From NCBI GenBank assembly GCA_041492755.1, contig JBGPXN010000043.1:1-31121 (forward strand): 31,121 nucleotides of DNA. Reading direction: 5' to 3'. The stretch is from Candidatus Methylomirabilia bacterium. Its GTDB lineage: Bacteria; Methylomirabilota; Methylomirabilia; Rokubacteriales; CSP1-6. The position numbers and the translations under genes are program-made. This document shows, in pieces, positions 7,904 to 16,720 of this stretch. Under the pieces are notes generated by a model that had not been told where the DNA came from, did not search any database, and saw nothing but the letters and a program-made list of their open reading frames with translations. Position 1 is the first letter of the stretch, and each line of letters begins with the position of its first letter.

Positions 7904-8667
7904 ACCCTCTCCATCTCCCGTCGCGCCGGCGTCGCGGCGGCGCCGGCCCGGCGCGACACCAACCACAATGACAGGGCGAGCAGTGCGTGCAGCGCCCCGC
8001 CGATGGCCGCCAGCAGCCACTCACCGATCCACGCGGTCACGACCAGATTGAAGGCGAGCACGGCGTAGTATAGCGCGACGCCGGGGCCAGGACGTCGCCC
8101 CCTCGGGCCTCCCGCGAGCCGGTACGCGAGCACGCCGGCCGTGCCCACCACCCACCAGCCCAGGAAGTTCGAGAGCGGCACGCCGAAGTAAGCGCCGCCG
8201 TGCGGATAGTAGAAGATCCGCCCGAGAAACCAGCACTCCCCGCGCACGGCGAGCGGATCGATCACCACGTCGAGCGCCATCATGAGGAAGCCGGCGAGCA
8301 CGGCCAGACCGACCGAGAGGGAGGTCCCGACCTGCGTCTCGGCGCGCGGCGGCGGCGCCGCGCCGCGGACCAGCCGGGCCAGGCAGAACGCCGCGTAGGC
8401 GAGAAACGCGAAGGACAGCGAGTCCATGAACGGCACGTCGGCGATGAAGAGCTCCTGGCCCCGCGTCGTTCCCGTGTAGCGGTAGAGGCCGAAGGGCACG
8501 CCGATCCGCGTCGAGGAAAACTCGGCCAGCCACGCCAGCGGCCAGAGCATGCCCCCGAAGAGCAGCGTCCGCCGCCAGCCGAGATCGGCGATCCCGGCGA
8601 CGAGGAAGGCGACGAGAAATCCGAAGACGTAGGGACGGAGAAGGACGGTGCCGAGCAGGAGATCCAT
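7900..8667 (-). CDS. CruF-like / carotenoid-biosynthesis (DUF422-type) integral membrane protein (255 aa)
   Basis: Multi-TM protein with AEFSSTRIGVPFGLYRY, DVVIDPLAV and YFGVPLSNFLGW motifs typical of CruF-family hydratases. Confidence 0.8.
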   Translation of the reverse strand: MDLLLGTVLLRPYVFGFLVAFLVAGIADLGWRRTLLFGGMLWPLAWLAEFSSTRIGVPFGLYRYTGTTRGQELFIADVPFMDSLSFAFLAYAAFCLARLVRGAAPPPRAETQVGTSLSVGLAVLAGFLMMALDVVIDPLAVRGECWFLGRIFYYPHGGAYFGVPLSNFLGWWVVGTAGVLAYRLAGGPRGRRPGPGVALYYAVLAFNLVVTAWIGEWLLAAIGGALHALLALSLWLVSRRAGAAATPARREMERV

Positions 8668-8691
8668 CGCGGTTCCGTCAGCCGAACCCGC

Positions 8692-8701
8692 ATGTTACCA
8701 T
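8692..8701. promoter_or_regulatory. Overlapping divergent extended -10 elements (putative bidirectional promoter)
   Basis: Plus strand TG-t-TACCAT (8693-8701); minus strand TG-g-TAACAT (8700-8692). It is the main AT-rich patch between the divergent genes at 8667 and 8710. Confidence 0.6.
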
Positions 8702-8709
8702 CCCCGGTC

Positions 8710-10611
8710 GTGACCACCGTCGACGCCGCTCTTGCTCGCGCGCAGACGCATCTTCTCCAGCTCCAGCAAGCGGACGGGCACTGGATCGGGGAGCTGGAGG
8801 CGAATACCACCATCACCACCGAGTACCTGCTGCTCTGTCACCTCATCGATCGGGTGAACCGCGAGCGCGAGCGCAAGGCCGTGCGCTTCATCCGCCGGCG
8901 GCAGCGCGCGGACGGCGGCTTCGACCTGTTCCCGGGCGGCCCCACCAATCTCTCCGCGACCATCAAGGCCTACTTCGCGATGAAGCTGGCGGGGGTGCCG
9001 ATCGACGAGCCGGCGATGGCGCGGGCGCGCGCGCAGATCCTCGAGATGGGCGGGCCGGTGAAGGCCGACGTCTTCACCAAGATCCAGCTCGCCCTCTTCG
9101 GGGAGTACGACTGGAACGGCATTCCGGCAATGCCGGTCGAGATCATGCTGTCGCCGCCCTGGTTCTTCTTCAACATCTACGAGGTCTCGTACTGGTCGCG
9201 CACGGTCATCGTGCCGTTGCTCGTCATCATGGACCGCAAGCCCGTGAAGTGGCTGCCGTCGCACCAGTCCCTGGACGAGCTGTGGCCGGTGCCGCCGGAG
9301 CGGGCCAGCTTGCGCTTCCCGCGGCTGCCGGCGCCGTTCTCCTGGCGCGCGCTGTTCTGGAAGAATTTCTTCATCGAGGTCGACGACGGCCTCAAGATCT
9401 GGGAGCGCTTCTCGCCGCGCCCGCTGCGCAAGCGCGCGGTGGAGGCGGCCCGCGTGTGGCTGGAGGAGCGCCTCGCCCTGCCCGGCGGCCTCGGCGGCAT
9501 CTTTCCGGCGATGGCGAACTCGATCATCGCCATGCGGCTGCTCGGGTATCCTGACGAGCACCCGCTGATCACCGGTCAGCTCAAGCAGATCGAGGCGCAG
9601 GCGGTGGAGACCGAGGACGAGATCCGGTATCAGCCCTGCTTCTCCCCGGTCTGGGACACCGGGCTCGCCCTCAATGCGCTCGTCGAGAGCGGGCTGCCCG
9701 CCGATCATCCCGCGCTCCGCCGGGCCACCGAGTGGCTGCTCGACCGGCAAGTCCTCACGCCCGGCGACTGGCAGGTGAAGCGGCCGTACGTGCAACCGGG
9801 CGCGTGGGCGTTCCAGTACGACAACGACTACTATCCCGATCTCGACGACACCGCGGTGGTCCTGATGGCGCTCGAGAAGATCGCGGCGCTCGATCCCGAT
9901 CGCGTGCGGACGGCCAAGGAGCGCGGCCTCGGCTGGTTGCTGGGCATGCAGGGGCAGGACGGCGGATGGGCGTCCTTCGACGCCGACAACAACCGCCTCT
10001 ACCTCAACAACATCCCGTTCGCCGACCACGGGGCGCTGCTCGACCCGTCCACCGCGGATCTCACCGGGCGCGGCCTGGAGCTGCTCGGCACGTTGGGCTA
10101 CCGGCCGGAGTTCGAGCCCGCGGGCCGCGCCGTGCATTTCCTGCGGCACCAGCAGCGGCACGACGGCCCCTGGTACGGGCGCTGGGGCGTCAACTACGTC
10201 TACGGCACGTGGTCGGTGCTCCGCGGCCTCGGCGCGCTCGGCGTGGACCCGCGCCACGAATACGTCCGGCGCGCCGTGCGCTGGCTCGAGCGCCATCAGA
10301 ACGACGACGGCGGCTGGGGCGAGTCGTGCGAGAGTTACGACGATCCGGCCCTGGCCGGGCGCGGGCCGTCGATGCCGAGCCAGACGGCGTGGGCGCTGCT
10401 CGGTCTGATGGCGGTGGGCACCACCCAAGGCCCCGCGGTCGAGCGCGGCATCGAGTACCTGCTCGCGACGCAGCGGCCGGACGGTGGCTGGGACGATCCG
10501 TTCTGGAGCGGGACCGGCTTCCCGCGGGTGTTCATGCTGAAGTACCACCTGTACGCGAAGTACTTCCCTCTCTGGGCGCTGGGAGTCTATCGCCGCTCCC
10601 TCCATGGCTGA
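8710..10611 (+). CDS. shc: Squalene-hopene cyclase (~633 aa; alternative ATG start at 8692)
   Basis: QQADGHW, YYPDLDDTAVV (DxDD), QW repeats (QGQDGGW, QNDDGGWGE, QRPDGGW), WYGRWGVNYVYGT, GTGFPRVFMLKYHLY. Confidence 0.98.
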   Translation: MTTVDAALARAQTHLLQLQQADGHWIGELEANTTITTEYLLLCHLIDRVNRERERKAVRFIRRRQRADGGFDLFPGGPTNLSATIKAYFAMKLAGVPIDEPAMARARAQILEMGGPVKADVFTKIQLALFGEYDWNGIPAMPVEIMLSPPWFFFNIYEVSYWSRTVIVPLLVIMDRKPVKWLPSHQSLDELWPVPPERASLRFPRLPAPFSWRALFWKNFFIEVDDGLKIWERFSPRPLRKRAVEAARVWLEERLALPGGLGGIFPAMANSIIAMRLLGYPDEHPLITGQLKQIEAQAVETEDEIRYQPCFSPVWDTGLALNALVESGLPADHPALRRATEWLLDRQVLTPGDWQVKRPYVQPGAWAFQYDNDYYPDLDDTAVVLMALEKIAALDPDRVRTAKERGLGWLLGMQGQDGGWASFDADNNRLYLNNIPFADHGALLDPSTADLTGRGLELLGTLGYRPEFEPAGRAVHFLRHQQRHDGPWYGRWGVNYVYGTWSVLRGLGALGVDPRHEYVRRAVRWLERHQNDDGGWGESCESYDDPALAGRGPSMPSQTAWALLGLMAVGTTQGPAVERGIEYLLATQRPDGGWDDPFWSGTGFPRVFMLKYHLYAKYFPLWALGVYRRSLHG

Positions 10612-11395
10612 ACCCACCGCGCTGCCGCTCCGGCCGTTCGAGGCGGTCGGCCGCTGGACGATCTTCGTGGTGGAGTCTCTCGGTCGCTTCGGGGCGTTCT
10701 TCGGACTCGCCCTCGTGTCCATGGTCACGCCGCCCTTCAAGCTGCGGGCGTTCGTCGGCCGCATCCACTACGTCGGCTTCAACTCACTGTTGATCATCCT
10801 GCTCACCGGCGCCTTCACCGGAATGGTGCTCGGCCTGCAGATCTACTTCACGCTGTCGCGCTTCGGCTCGGAAGCGTTCCTGGGCCCCGCCGTCGCGCTG
10901 TCGCTCATCCGCGAGCTCGGTCCGGTGCTGGCCGCGCTCATGGTCACCGGCCGCGCGGGCTCGGCCCTCACCGCCGAGATCGGCATCATGCAGATCACCG
11001 AGCAGATCGACGCGCTCACCGTGATGGCGCTGAACCCGTTCCGCTACCTGGTGACGCCGTCGATCCTGGCCGGCCTGGTGACCTTCCCGATGATGACGGC
11101 GCTGTTCGACGTGGTGGGGATCTTCGGCGGTTACCTGGTCGGCGTGCGGCTGCTCGGGCTGTCCGAGGGCACGTACTTCGGCGAGATGCAGACGTTCGTC
11201 GACATGGGCGACATCATGATGGGCTTCTGGAAGTCGCTGAGCTTCGGCGTGATCGTCACGTGGGTGGCCACCTACAAGGGCTTCCACGTCGGGCATGGGG
11301 CCGAGGGGGTGGCGCGCGCCACCACGCAGTCCGTCGTGCTGGCCTCCGTTCTCATCCTCGTCTGGGACTACTTCCTGGGCACGGTCCTGCCGTGA
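10604..11395 (+). CDS. mlaE: MlaE-family lipid ABC transporter permease
   Basis: RELGPVLAALMVTGRAGSALTAEIGIMQITEQIDAL, GAEGVARATTQSVV. Confidence 0.95.
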   Translation: MAEPTALPLRPFEAVGRWTIFVVESLGRFGAFFGLALVSMVTPPFKLRAFVGRIHYVGFNSLLIILLTGAFTGMVLGLQIYFTLSRFGSEAFLGPAVALSLIRELGPVLAALMVTGRAGSALTAEIGIMQITEQIDALTVMALNPFRYLVTPSILAGLVTFPMMTALFDVVGIFGGYLVGVRLLGLSEGTYFGEMQTFVDMGDIMMGFWKSLSFGVIVTWVATYKGFHVGHGAEGVARATTQSVVLASVLILVWDYFLGTVLP

Positions 11396-11432
11396 GTGCG
11401 CCGGCGCCGGCCGTGATGACCTCGGTGTTGCC

Positions 11433-12173
11433 GTGATCAAGGTGGAGGGGCTGCGAAAGTCCTTCCGCGGCCAGGAAGTGCTCAAAGGTGTGGACCTGGA
11501 AGTCCCCACCGGCTCGATCACGATCATCATCGGCCGCAGCGGCGGCGGGAAGTCGGTGCTCCTCAAGCATCTGCTCGGGCTGATCCGCCCGGACGCGGGG
11601 CACATCCTGGTGGACGGCGAGGACCTGACCGCGCTCAACGGCGCCGGCTTCGACCGGATCCGCGAGCGCTACGGCGTGGTCTTCCAGGGCGGCGCGTTGT
11701 TCGACTCGCTGACCTGCGCGGACAACGTGGCCTTCCCCCTCCGTGAGCGGCTGCGCCTGCCGCGGGCCCAGATCACCGCGCGCGTGGCGCGCGCGCTGGC
11801 CCAGGTCGGCCTGGAGGGCGTCGAGAAAAAATACCCGGCCGAGATCTCGGGCGGCATGCGCAAGCGCGTGGCCATCGCGCGCGCGCTGGTGACCGAGCCC
11901 GAGATCATTTTCTTCGACGAGCCCACCACCGGGCTCGATCCCATCCTCGTCAACACGATTCACGGGCTCATCCTCGAGCTGCACCAGCGCTTGCATTTCA
12001 CGGCGGTGGTGGTGAGCCACGAGATCCCGGAGATCTTCGAGATCGCGGACACGGTGGCGATGCTGGCCGATGGCCGCATCGCGGAGTCGGGGCCACCGGC
12101 GGCCATCCAGGCCTCGGCGAACCCCGTGGTCCGACAGTTCATCCGCGGCGAACCCGAAGCTCGTAGCCACTGA
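11433..12173 (+). CDS. mlaF: MlaF-family ABC transporter ATP-binding protein (246 aa)
   Basis: Walker A GRSGGGKS, ISGGMRKRVAIARA, FFDEPTTGLDP, SH switch. GTG start at 11433 (VIKVEGL). Confidence 0.93.
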   Translation: MIKVEGLRKSFRGQEVLKGVDLEVPTGSITIIIGRSGGGKSVLLKHLLGLIRPDAGHILVDGEDLTALNGAGFDRIRERYGVVFQGGALFDSLTCADNVAFPLRERLRLPRAQITARVARALAQVGLEGVEKKYPAEISGGMRKRVAIARALVTEPEIIFFDEPTTGLDPILVNTIHGLILELHQRLHFTAVVVSHEIPEIFEIADTVAMLADGRIAESGPPAAIQASANPVVRQFIRGEPEARSH

Positions 12174-12196
12174 CGGGCCGGGACCAGGAGGGCGTC

Positions 12197-12637
12197 ATGG
12201 AGCGGACGAAGGTCAACATCGCGGTCGGGCTCTTCGTCGTCGTGGGCATCTTGGCAGCGGGATACCTTTCGATTAAACTCGGCAAGGTTTCGTTCCTGGG
12301 CGGAAACGGCTACATCATCAGTGTCGATTTCCCGTCGGTCGGAGGTCTGAAGACCGGCTCCACCGTCGAGATTGCTGGAGTCGAAGTGGGCCGGGTTGAT
12401 ACGATCGGCCTCGCCGATTATCAGGCCCGGGTGCTTCTCCGGATCAGGCCGGGAATCCTGTTGCAGGAGGATGCGATCGCATCGATCAAGACGAAGGGCT
12501 TGATCGGTGAGAAGTACGTGCGTATCAGTCCGGGGGGCTCGGACAAGATCATCCCGCCGAACGGGCGGATCCGCGAAGTCGAAGCCCCCGTCGATTTCGA
12601 AGAGCTGTTGTCGAAGTACATCTTCGGCAAGGTCTAG
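12197..12637 (+). CDS. mlaD: MlaD / MCE-domain lipid-binding protein
   Basis: N-terminal TM, GGLKTGSTVEIAGVEVGRV, ASIKTKGLIGEKYVRISPGG; AGGAGG RBS. Confidence 0.95.
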   Translation: MERTKVNIAVGLFVVVGILAAGYLSIKLGKVSFLGGNGYIISVDFPSVGGLKTGSTVEIAGVEVGRVDTIGLADYQARVLLRIRPGILLQEDAIASIKTKGLIGEKYVRISPGGSDKIIPPNGRIREVEAPVDFEELLSKYIFGKV

Positions 12638-12679
12638 GGCCGTAAAGGTCTACGACCGCATCGGGGGCGGAGGGCGAGG

Positions 12680-13327
12680 ATGAAGGGGGCTTGGCATGGC
12701 GGCGTGCTGGCAATGGCGGTCTCAGTGCTGGTTGGCTTCCTGGCCTCGACCCCGGCGGCCTGGGGCGGCCCTCCCACCGACCAACTCCGGGCGAGTATCG
12801 ACCGGGTGCTGAAGACGCTGGAAGATCCCGAGCTCAAGAAGGAGAGCCGGGCTCGCGAGCGCCGGAAGATGGTCCGCAAGGTCGCCGAGGACATCTTCGA
12901 CTTCTCCGAAACCGCGAGACGATCGCTCGCGATCCACTGGCATGGCCGGACGCCGGCCGAGCGTGACGAGTTCGTCCGGCTCTTCGCCGACCTCCTCGAG
13001 CGCTCCTACATCTCCAAGGTCGAGCTCTTCAGCGGCGAGAAGATCGCCTTCGGCGGCGAAATCATCGACGGCGATCAGTCGCTGGTGCGGAGCAAGATCA
13101 TCACCAAGCAAGGGACGGAAGTTCCCGTCGACTACCGGATGCACAAGCGCGGCGAGCGCTGGCTGGTCTACGACGTCGTCATCGAGGGCGTGAGCCTCAT
13201 CTCGAACTACCGCACCCAGTTCAACAAGATCATCCAGACCTCCTCCTACCAGGAGCTCGTCAAGAAGATGAAGAGCAAGCAGGAGCAGGCTCAGGAGGAG
13301 GAGAAGCGCACCTCCCAGAAACTGTAG
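12680..13327 (+). CDS. mlaC: MlaC/Ttg2D (HpnM-like) periplasmic lipid shuttle
   Basis: Signal peptide; FDFSETARRSL, VPVDYRM, WLVYDVVIEGVSLISNYRTQF. Confidence 0.92.
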   Translation: MKGAWHGGVLAMAVSVLVGFLASTPAAWGGPPTDQLRASIDRVLKTLEDPELKKESRARERRKMVRKVAEDIFDFSETARRSLAIHWHGRTPAERDEFVRLFADLLERSYISKVELFSGEKIAFGGEIIDGDQSLVRSKIITKQGTEVPVDYRMHKRGERWLVYDVVIEGVSLISNYRTQFNKIIQTSSYQELVKKMKSKQEQAQEEEKRTSQKL

Positions 13328-14463
13328 TGAAGAGCAGCGAGCTTCTCGGTCTCCTCGACGAACATCGCTTCGACTTCTTCGCGGGCGTCCCCTGCTCCCT
13401 GTTCCAGGGGCTGATCACCGCCCTCGAAACCTCTTCCGGCCCCGCCCGGCCGTACGTGGCCGCGGTGCGCGAGGACGTGGGGGTGGGTGTCGCCGCCGGC
13501 GCGTGGTTCGCCGGGCGGCGCCCGGCCGTGCTCATGCAGAACTCCGGGCTCGGCACGAGCATGAACGCGCTCGCCTCGCTGACGCTGCTCTACGGACTGC
13601 CCGCCCTGCTGCTGGTCACGTGGCGGGGGCACGGCAAGGACGCGCCCGAGCACGTCCTCACCGGTCGGATCACGCCCGCGCTTCTCGAGCTCCTCGGCAT
13701 TCCGCATCGTGTGCTCGCTCCGGCGTCGACGGCGGCCGATCTGGCCTGGGCGACGGCCGAGATGGAGCGGCGATCGGGACCGGTCGCGCTGGTCGTGCCG
13801 CCGGGACTCCTCGAGGCCGCCCACGGTGACGACGCGCCCTCCGCCGTCGTGGCCAAGGCCGATGCGGTCCCGCGAATGGACGGCACCGTGCTGGTGCCGC
13901 GATTGTCGCGTCTGGCCGCGCTCCGGGCCGCGGTGGGCACGCTCGGACGCGAGCCGGTCGTCCACGCCAACGGCTACATCTGCCGCGAGTCGTTCTCCGT
14001 CGCCGATCGCCCGCAGAACTTCTACATGATCGGCTCCATGGGCATGGCCGCACCCATCGGCCTCGGCCTCGCGCTGGGACGCCCGGACCGGCCGTCGGTG
14101 GTGTTCGACGGTGACGGAAATTTGTTGATGAGCCTTGGCGTCCTCGCCAACGTGGCCGCGCTCCGCCCCGCGAACTTCGTCCACTGCGTCTTCGACAACG
14201 AGGTCTACGGGTCGACGGGCAACCAGCGCTCCCCCTCGGGCCACGTCCGGCTCGATCGTCTCGCCGCCGCCGCCGGGTATGCGTCGGTCGCCACCGCGAC
14301 CGCGGCCGATGAGATCGCCGACCACATGCGCCGGATGCTCCGGACGCCCGGGCCGCACTTCCTGCTCGTGAAGGTCACCGCAGAGGAGACCGAGGTGCCG
14401 CGAATCCCCCACACCACCGAGGCCATTCGCGACCGGTTCCGCGCCAGCGTACTGGCATCATGA
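13327..14463 (+). CDS. ThDP-dependent phosphonopyruvate decarboxylase-like enzyme (fused ComD/ComE-type domains; sulfopyruvate decarboxylase not excluded)
   Basis: FFAGVPCS, VLMQNSGLG, NFYMIGSMG, GDGNLLM...DNEVYGSTGNQ (ThDP motif). GTG start overlaps the mlaC TAG. Confidence 0.85.
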   Translation: MKSSELLGLLDEHRFDFFAGVPCSLFQGLITALETSSGPARPYVAAVREDVGVGVAAGAWFAGRRPAVLMQNSGLGTSMNALASLTLLYGLPALLLVTWRGHGKDAPEHVLTGRITPALLELLGIPHRVLAPASTAADLAWATAEMERRSGPVALVVPPGLLEAAHGDDAPSAVVAKADAVPRMDGTVLVPRLSRLAALRAAVGTLGREPVVHANGYICRESFSVADRPQNFYMIGSMGMAAPIGLGLALGRPDRPSVVFDGDGNLLMSLGVLANVAALRPANFVHCVFDNEVYGSTGNQRSPSGHVRLDRLAAAAGYASVATATAADEIADHMRRMLRTPGPHFLLVKVTAEETEVPRIPHTTEAIRDRFRASVLAS

Positions 14464-15200
14464 ACGCGATCATCCTGTGCGCCGGCGTCGCCCGCCGGCT
14501 GGCTCCGCTCACCGACCAAACCCACAAGTGTCTGCTGCCCGTGGGCCACCGGCCGACGCTGACCCACATGCTGTACGCGCTGGAGTCCGTCGGGGTCCAC
14601 GAGTCGACGCTCGTCGTCGGGCACTGCGCGGAGCAGATCCGGCAGGCCGCGGGAACGCAGATCGGCCGGATGCGGGTCAGCTACGTGGAAAATCCACAAT
14701 ACACGAAGGGCTCGGTCCTCTCGCTGTACGCGGCCCGGACGCGCCTCACCGAACCCGTGCTCATCATGGACGCCGACGTGATCTTCCCGCGCGAGTTCCT
14801 GCGCCGGCTGCTGCGGGCGCCCGCGCCCAGCGCGTTCCTCGTCGACCAGGGCTTCCAGGACACCGGCGAAGAGGTGAAGTTCTACACGCGCGGCGACCGG
14901 GTCATCGCCCTCGGCAAGAAGGTGATGCCGGAAAGCTGGGAGCAGGTCGGCGAGGGGATCGGCTTCTTCAAGTGCGGGGCCGAGGCGGGATTCGAGCTCG
15001 TCCGGCTGCTGGCGCGTGTCATCGCCGAGAGCGACGGGCTGAGCGAATACGAGGACGCGTTCAACCTGCTCGTCCAGGACCATCACGTGGGGTGGGTCGA
15101 CGTGACCGGCTTGCCCTGGACCGAGATCGACTTCGCCGAGGATCTGCGCCGGGCCCGGGACGAGGTGTGGCCGCTCGTCGCGCGGCTCGACGGCGCGTGA
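14460..15200 (+). CDS. Phosphocholine/phosphonate cytidylyltransferase-family NTP transferase
   Basis: AIILCAGVARRL..LT..HKCLL, IMDADV, GEGIGFFK, EYED, WTEIDFAEDLRRA (LicC/PntC/IPCT-like). ATGA overlap. Confidence 0.88.
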   Translation: MNAIILCAGVARRLAPLTDQTHKCLLPVGHRPTLTHMLYALESVGVHESTLVVGHCAEQIRQAAGTQIGRMRVSYVENPQYTKGSVLSLYAARTRLTEPVLIMDADVIFPREFLRRLLRAPAPSAFLVDQGFQDTGEEVKFYTRGDRVIALGKKVMPESWEQVGEGIGFFKCGAEAGFELVRLLARVIAESDGLSEYEDAFNLLVQDHHVGWVDVTGLPWTEIDFAEDLRRARDEVWPLVARLDGA

Positions 15201-16345
15201 TCCGCGACGCCGTTCTTTATCTCGGCACCGCCGACGACGCCCGCACCGCTCTCCTCCCGCTCGCGGGCCGTCCCCTCGCCTTCCGCGCCCTCGCCGCTGG
15301 CATCCGGGCCGGCCTCCGCGTCGCCATTCCGCCGGCCCTCCGCGTGCCGGCACTGGAACGCGCGGTCGCCGCGAGCACGCGGGCGCGCGACGGCGCCGTC
15401 TGGCTGACGCCCGCCACCACGCCGCCGGCCAGCGGTGTCCTGCTCGTGCCCGCCGCCGCGGCGGTGACGCCGGCCGGGCTCCGCGCGCTCATGGCCGGCG
15501 ATCCTCCGCGGATCCTTTCCGCCTCGATGGATTCGCCGGCGCCGGTCGTCAGCGTCGATGCCGTCCTCGCGCAGTCGCTGTGGCCCGACGTCTGCGGCGG
15601 CCGGCCGATCGCCGGCGCGCTCGCCCGCGCGCTTCGAGACAAGCCGCCGGCGGTCGAGCCTGCGGCCGCGCGGTACCGGCACGTCACCACGCCGGCCGAC
15701 GTCCGTGAGGCGGAACACGAGCTCGAGCGCGAAGTCGGCGCGGCGGTCGACACGTGGTTCGATCGAAACTTCCATCGCCGACTCGCGCGTCCGGTCACCC
15801 GGCTCGCCATTGCCGCCGGCATCGGTCCCAACCAGGTCAGCGTGGCCAGCGTCGGGGTCGGCTTCGCCGGCGCGTGGTGCCTCTGGAACGCCACGCCCGG
15901 TCTTGCCCTCGTGGGCCTGGCCCTCTACGCGACGTCCGTGGTCTTCGACCACGCGGACGGGCAGGTCGCACGCCTGACCCTGACCGAATCCCGACTCGGC
16001 GAGTGGCTCGACGTCCTGAACGACACGCTCGTCCACGCCGCCCTCGTCCTCGCCATGGGCGTGACGACCGGTGGCGCGAGCATCGTGCTCGGCCCGATCG
16101 CCGCCGCCGGCGTCTTCGGCAGCTCCGCCACCGCCAAGACCGCAACCCGTTCCACGACACCCGGCGTCGCTCGTCTCCTCGACGCCGTCGGCAATCGCGA
16201 CGGCTTCTACACCATGCTCCTCGCCTTCATCGCGCTCCTGGCCTTCCGCCCGTCCCTCCTGCCCGCGCTAATGCTCGTCGTCGCCATCGGCACCCACGCC
16301 TACTGGCTCACCCGCCTGGTCGTGAGACTCGTCGGTCCCCGATGA
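15197..16345 (+). CDS. CDP-alcohol phosphatidyltransferase-family protein with N-terminal soluble domain (382 aa)
   Basis: Signature DHADGQVARLTLTESRLGEWLDVLND (DxxDGxxAR...GxxxDxxxD), GIGPNQVS, TM helices. GTG start at 15197 overlaps the upstream stop. Confidence 0.9.
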   Translation: MIRDAVLYLGTADDARTALLPLAGRPLAFRALAAGIRAGLRVAIPPALRVPALERAVAASTRARDGAVWLTPATTPPASGVLLVPAAAAVTPAGLRALMAGDPPRILSASMDSPAPVVSVDAVLAQSLWPDVCGGRPIAGALARALRDKPPAVEPAAARYRHVTTPADVREAEHELEREVGAAVDTWFDRNFHRRLARPVTRLAIAAGIGPNQVSVASVGVGFAGAWCLWNATPGLALVGLALYATSVVFDHADGQVARLTLTESRLGEWLDVLNDTLVHAALVLAMGVTTGGASIVLGPIAAAGVFGSSATAKTATRSTTPGVARLLDAVGNRDGFYTMLLAFIALLAFRPSLLPALMLVVAIGTHAYWLTRLVVRLVGPR

Positions 16346-16413
16346 CTGGCGGCATCGAGCGGGCGACCTTCCGGCTCACACGAGGCGGCAATCGAGGGCT
16401 GACTGCTCGGGGG

Positions 16414-16450
16414 TTGACTCGGGGCCACATCGACGTGAAGATGTGGCCCC
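16414..16450 (+). promoter_or_regulatory. Toxin-antitoxin promoter with palindromic operator
   Basis: TTGACT (16414-19), 17 nt, GAAGAT (16437-42). Perfect 11-bp inverted repeat GGGGCCACATC-N8-GATGTGGCCCC (16421-16450) ends at the antitoxin ATG. Confidence 0.7.
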
Positions 16451-16720
16451 ATGACCACGGTTGGGATTCGAGAGCTGAAGAACCACTTGAGCCGCGTGCT
16501 GCGGCGGGTCTCCGATGGCGAGCGCATCACCATCACCGATCGCGGCCGCCCCGTCGCCTTGCTGACTCCGGTCGACGAGCGAAAGGAAGACGCGGCGTTA
16601 TGGGCGATGGTCCGCGAAGGGCTCGCGCGCTGGGGTGGTGGTAAGCCGGAGCTGCCGAAACGAAGGGTGCGTATCCGAGGCGGACCGATTTCGGACACGG
16701 TCATCGAGGGCCGGCGCTGA
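16451..16720 (+). CDS. Phd/YefM-family antitoxin
   Basis: VGIRELKNHLSRVLRRVSDGERITITDRGRPVALL. Confidence 0.92.
   Translation: MTTVGIRELKNHLSRVLRRVSDGERITITDRGRPVALLTPVDERKEDAALWAMVREGLARWGGGKPELPKRRVRIRGGPISDTVIEGRR

Noticed and set aside
8200..8691. 803-aa version of SHC
   Set aside because: The extension overlaps the CruF-like gene on the opposite strand; SHC homology starts near 8710.
12240..12640. Visibly more A/T-rich codons in mlaD as a sign of horizontal transfer
   Set aside because: The gene is in normal mlaEFD-C order with no mobility signatures, and I cannot quantify the deviation without computation.
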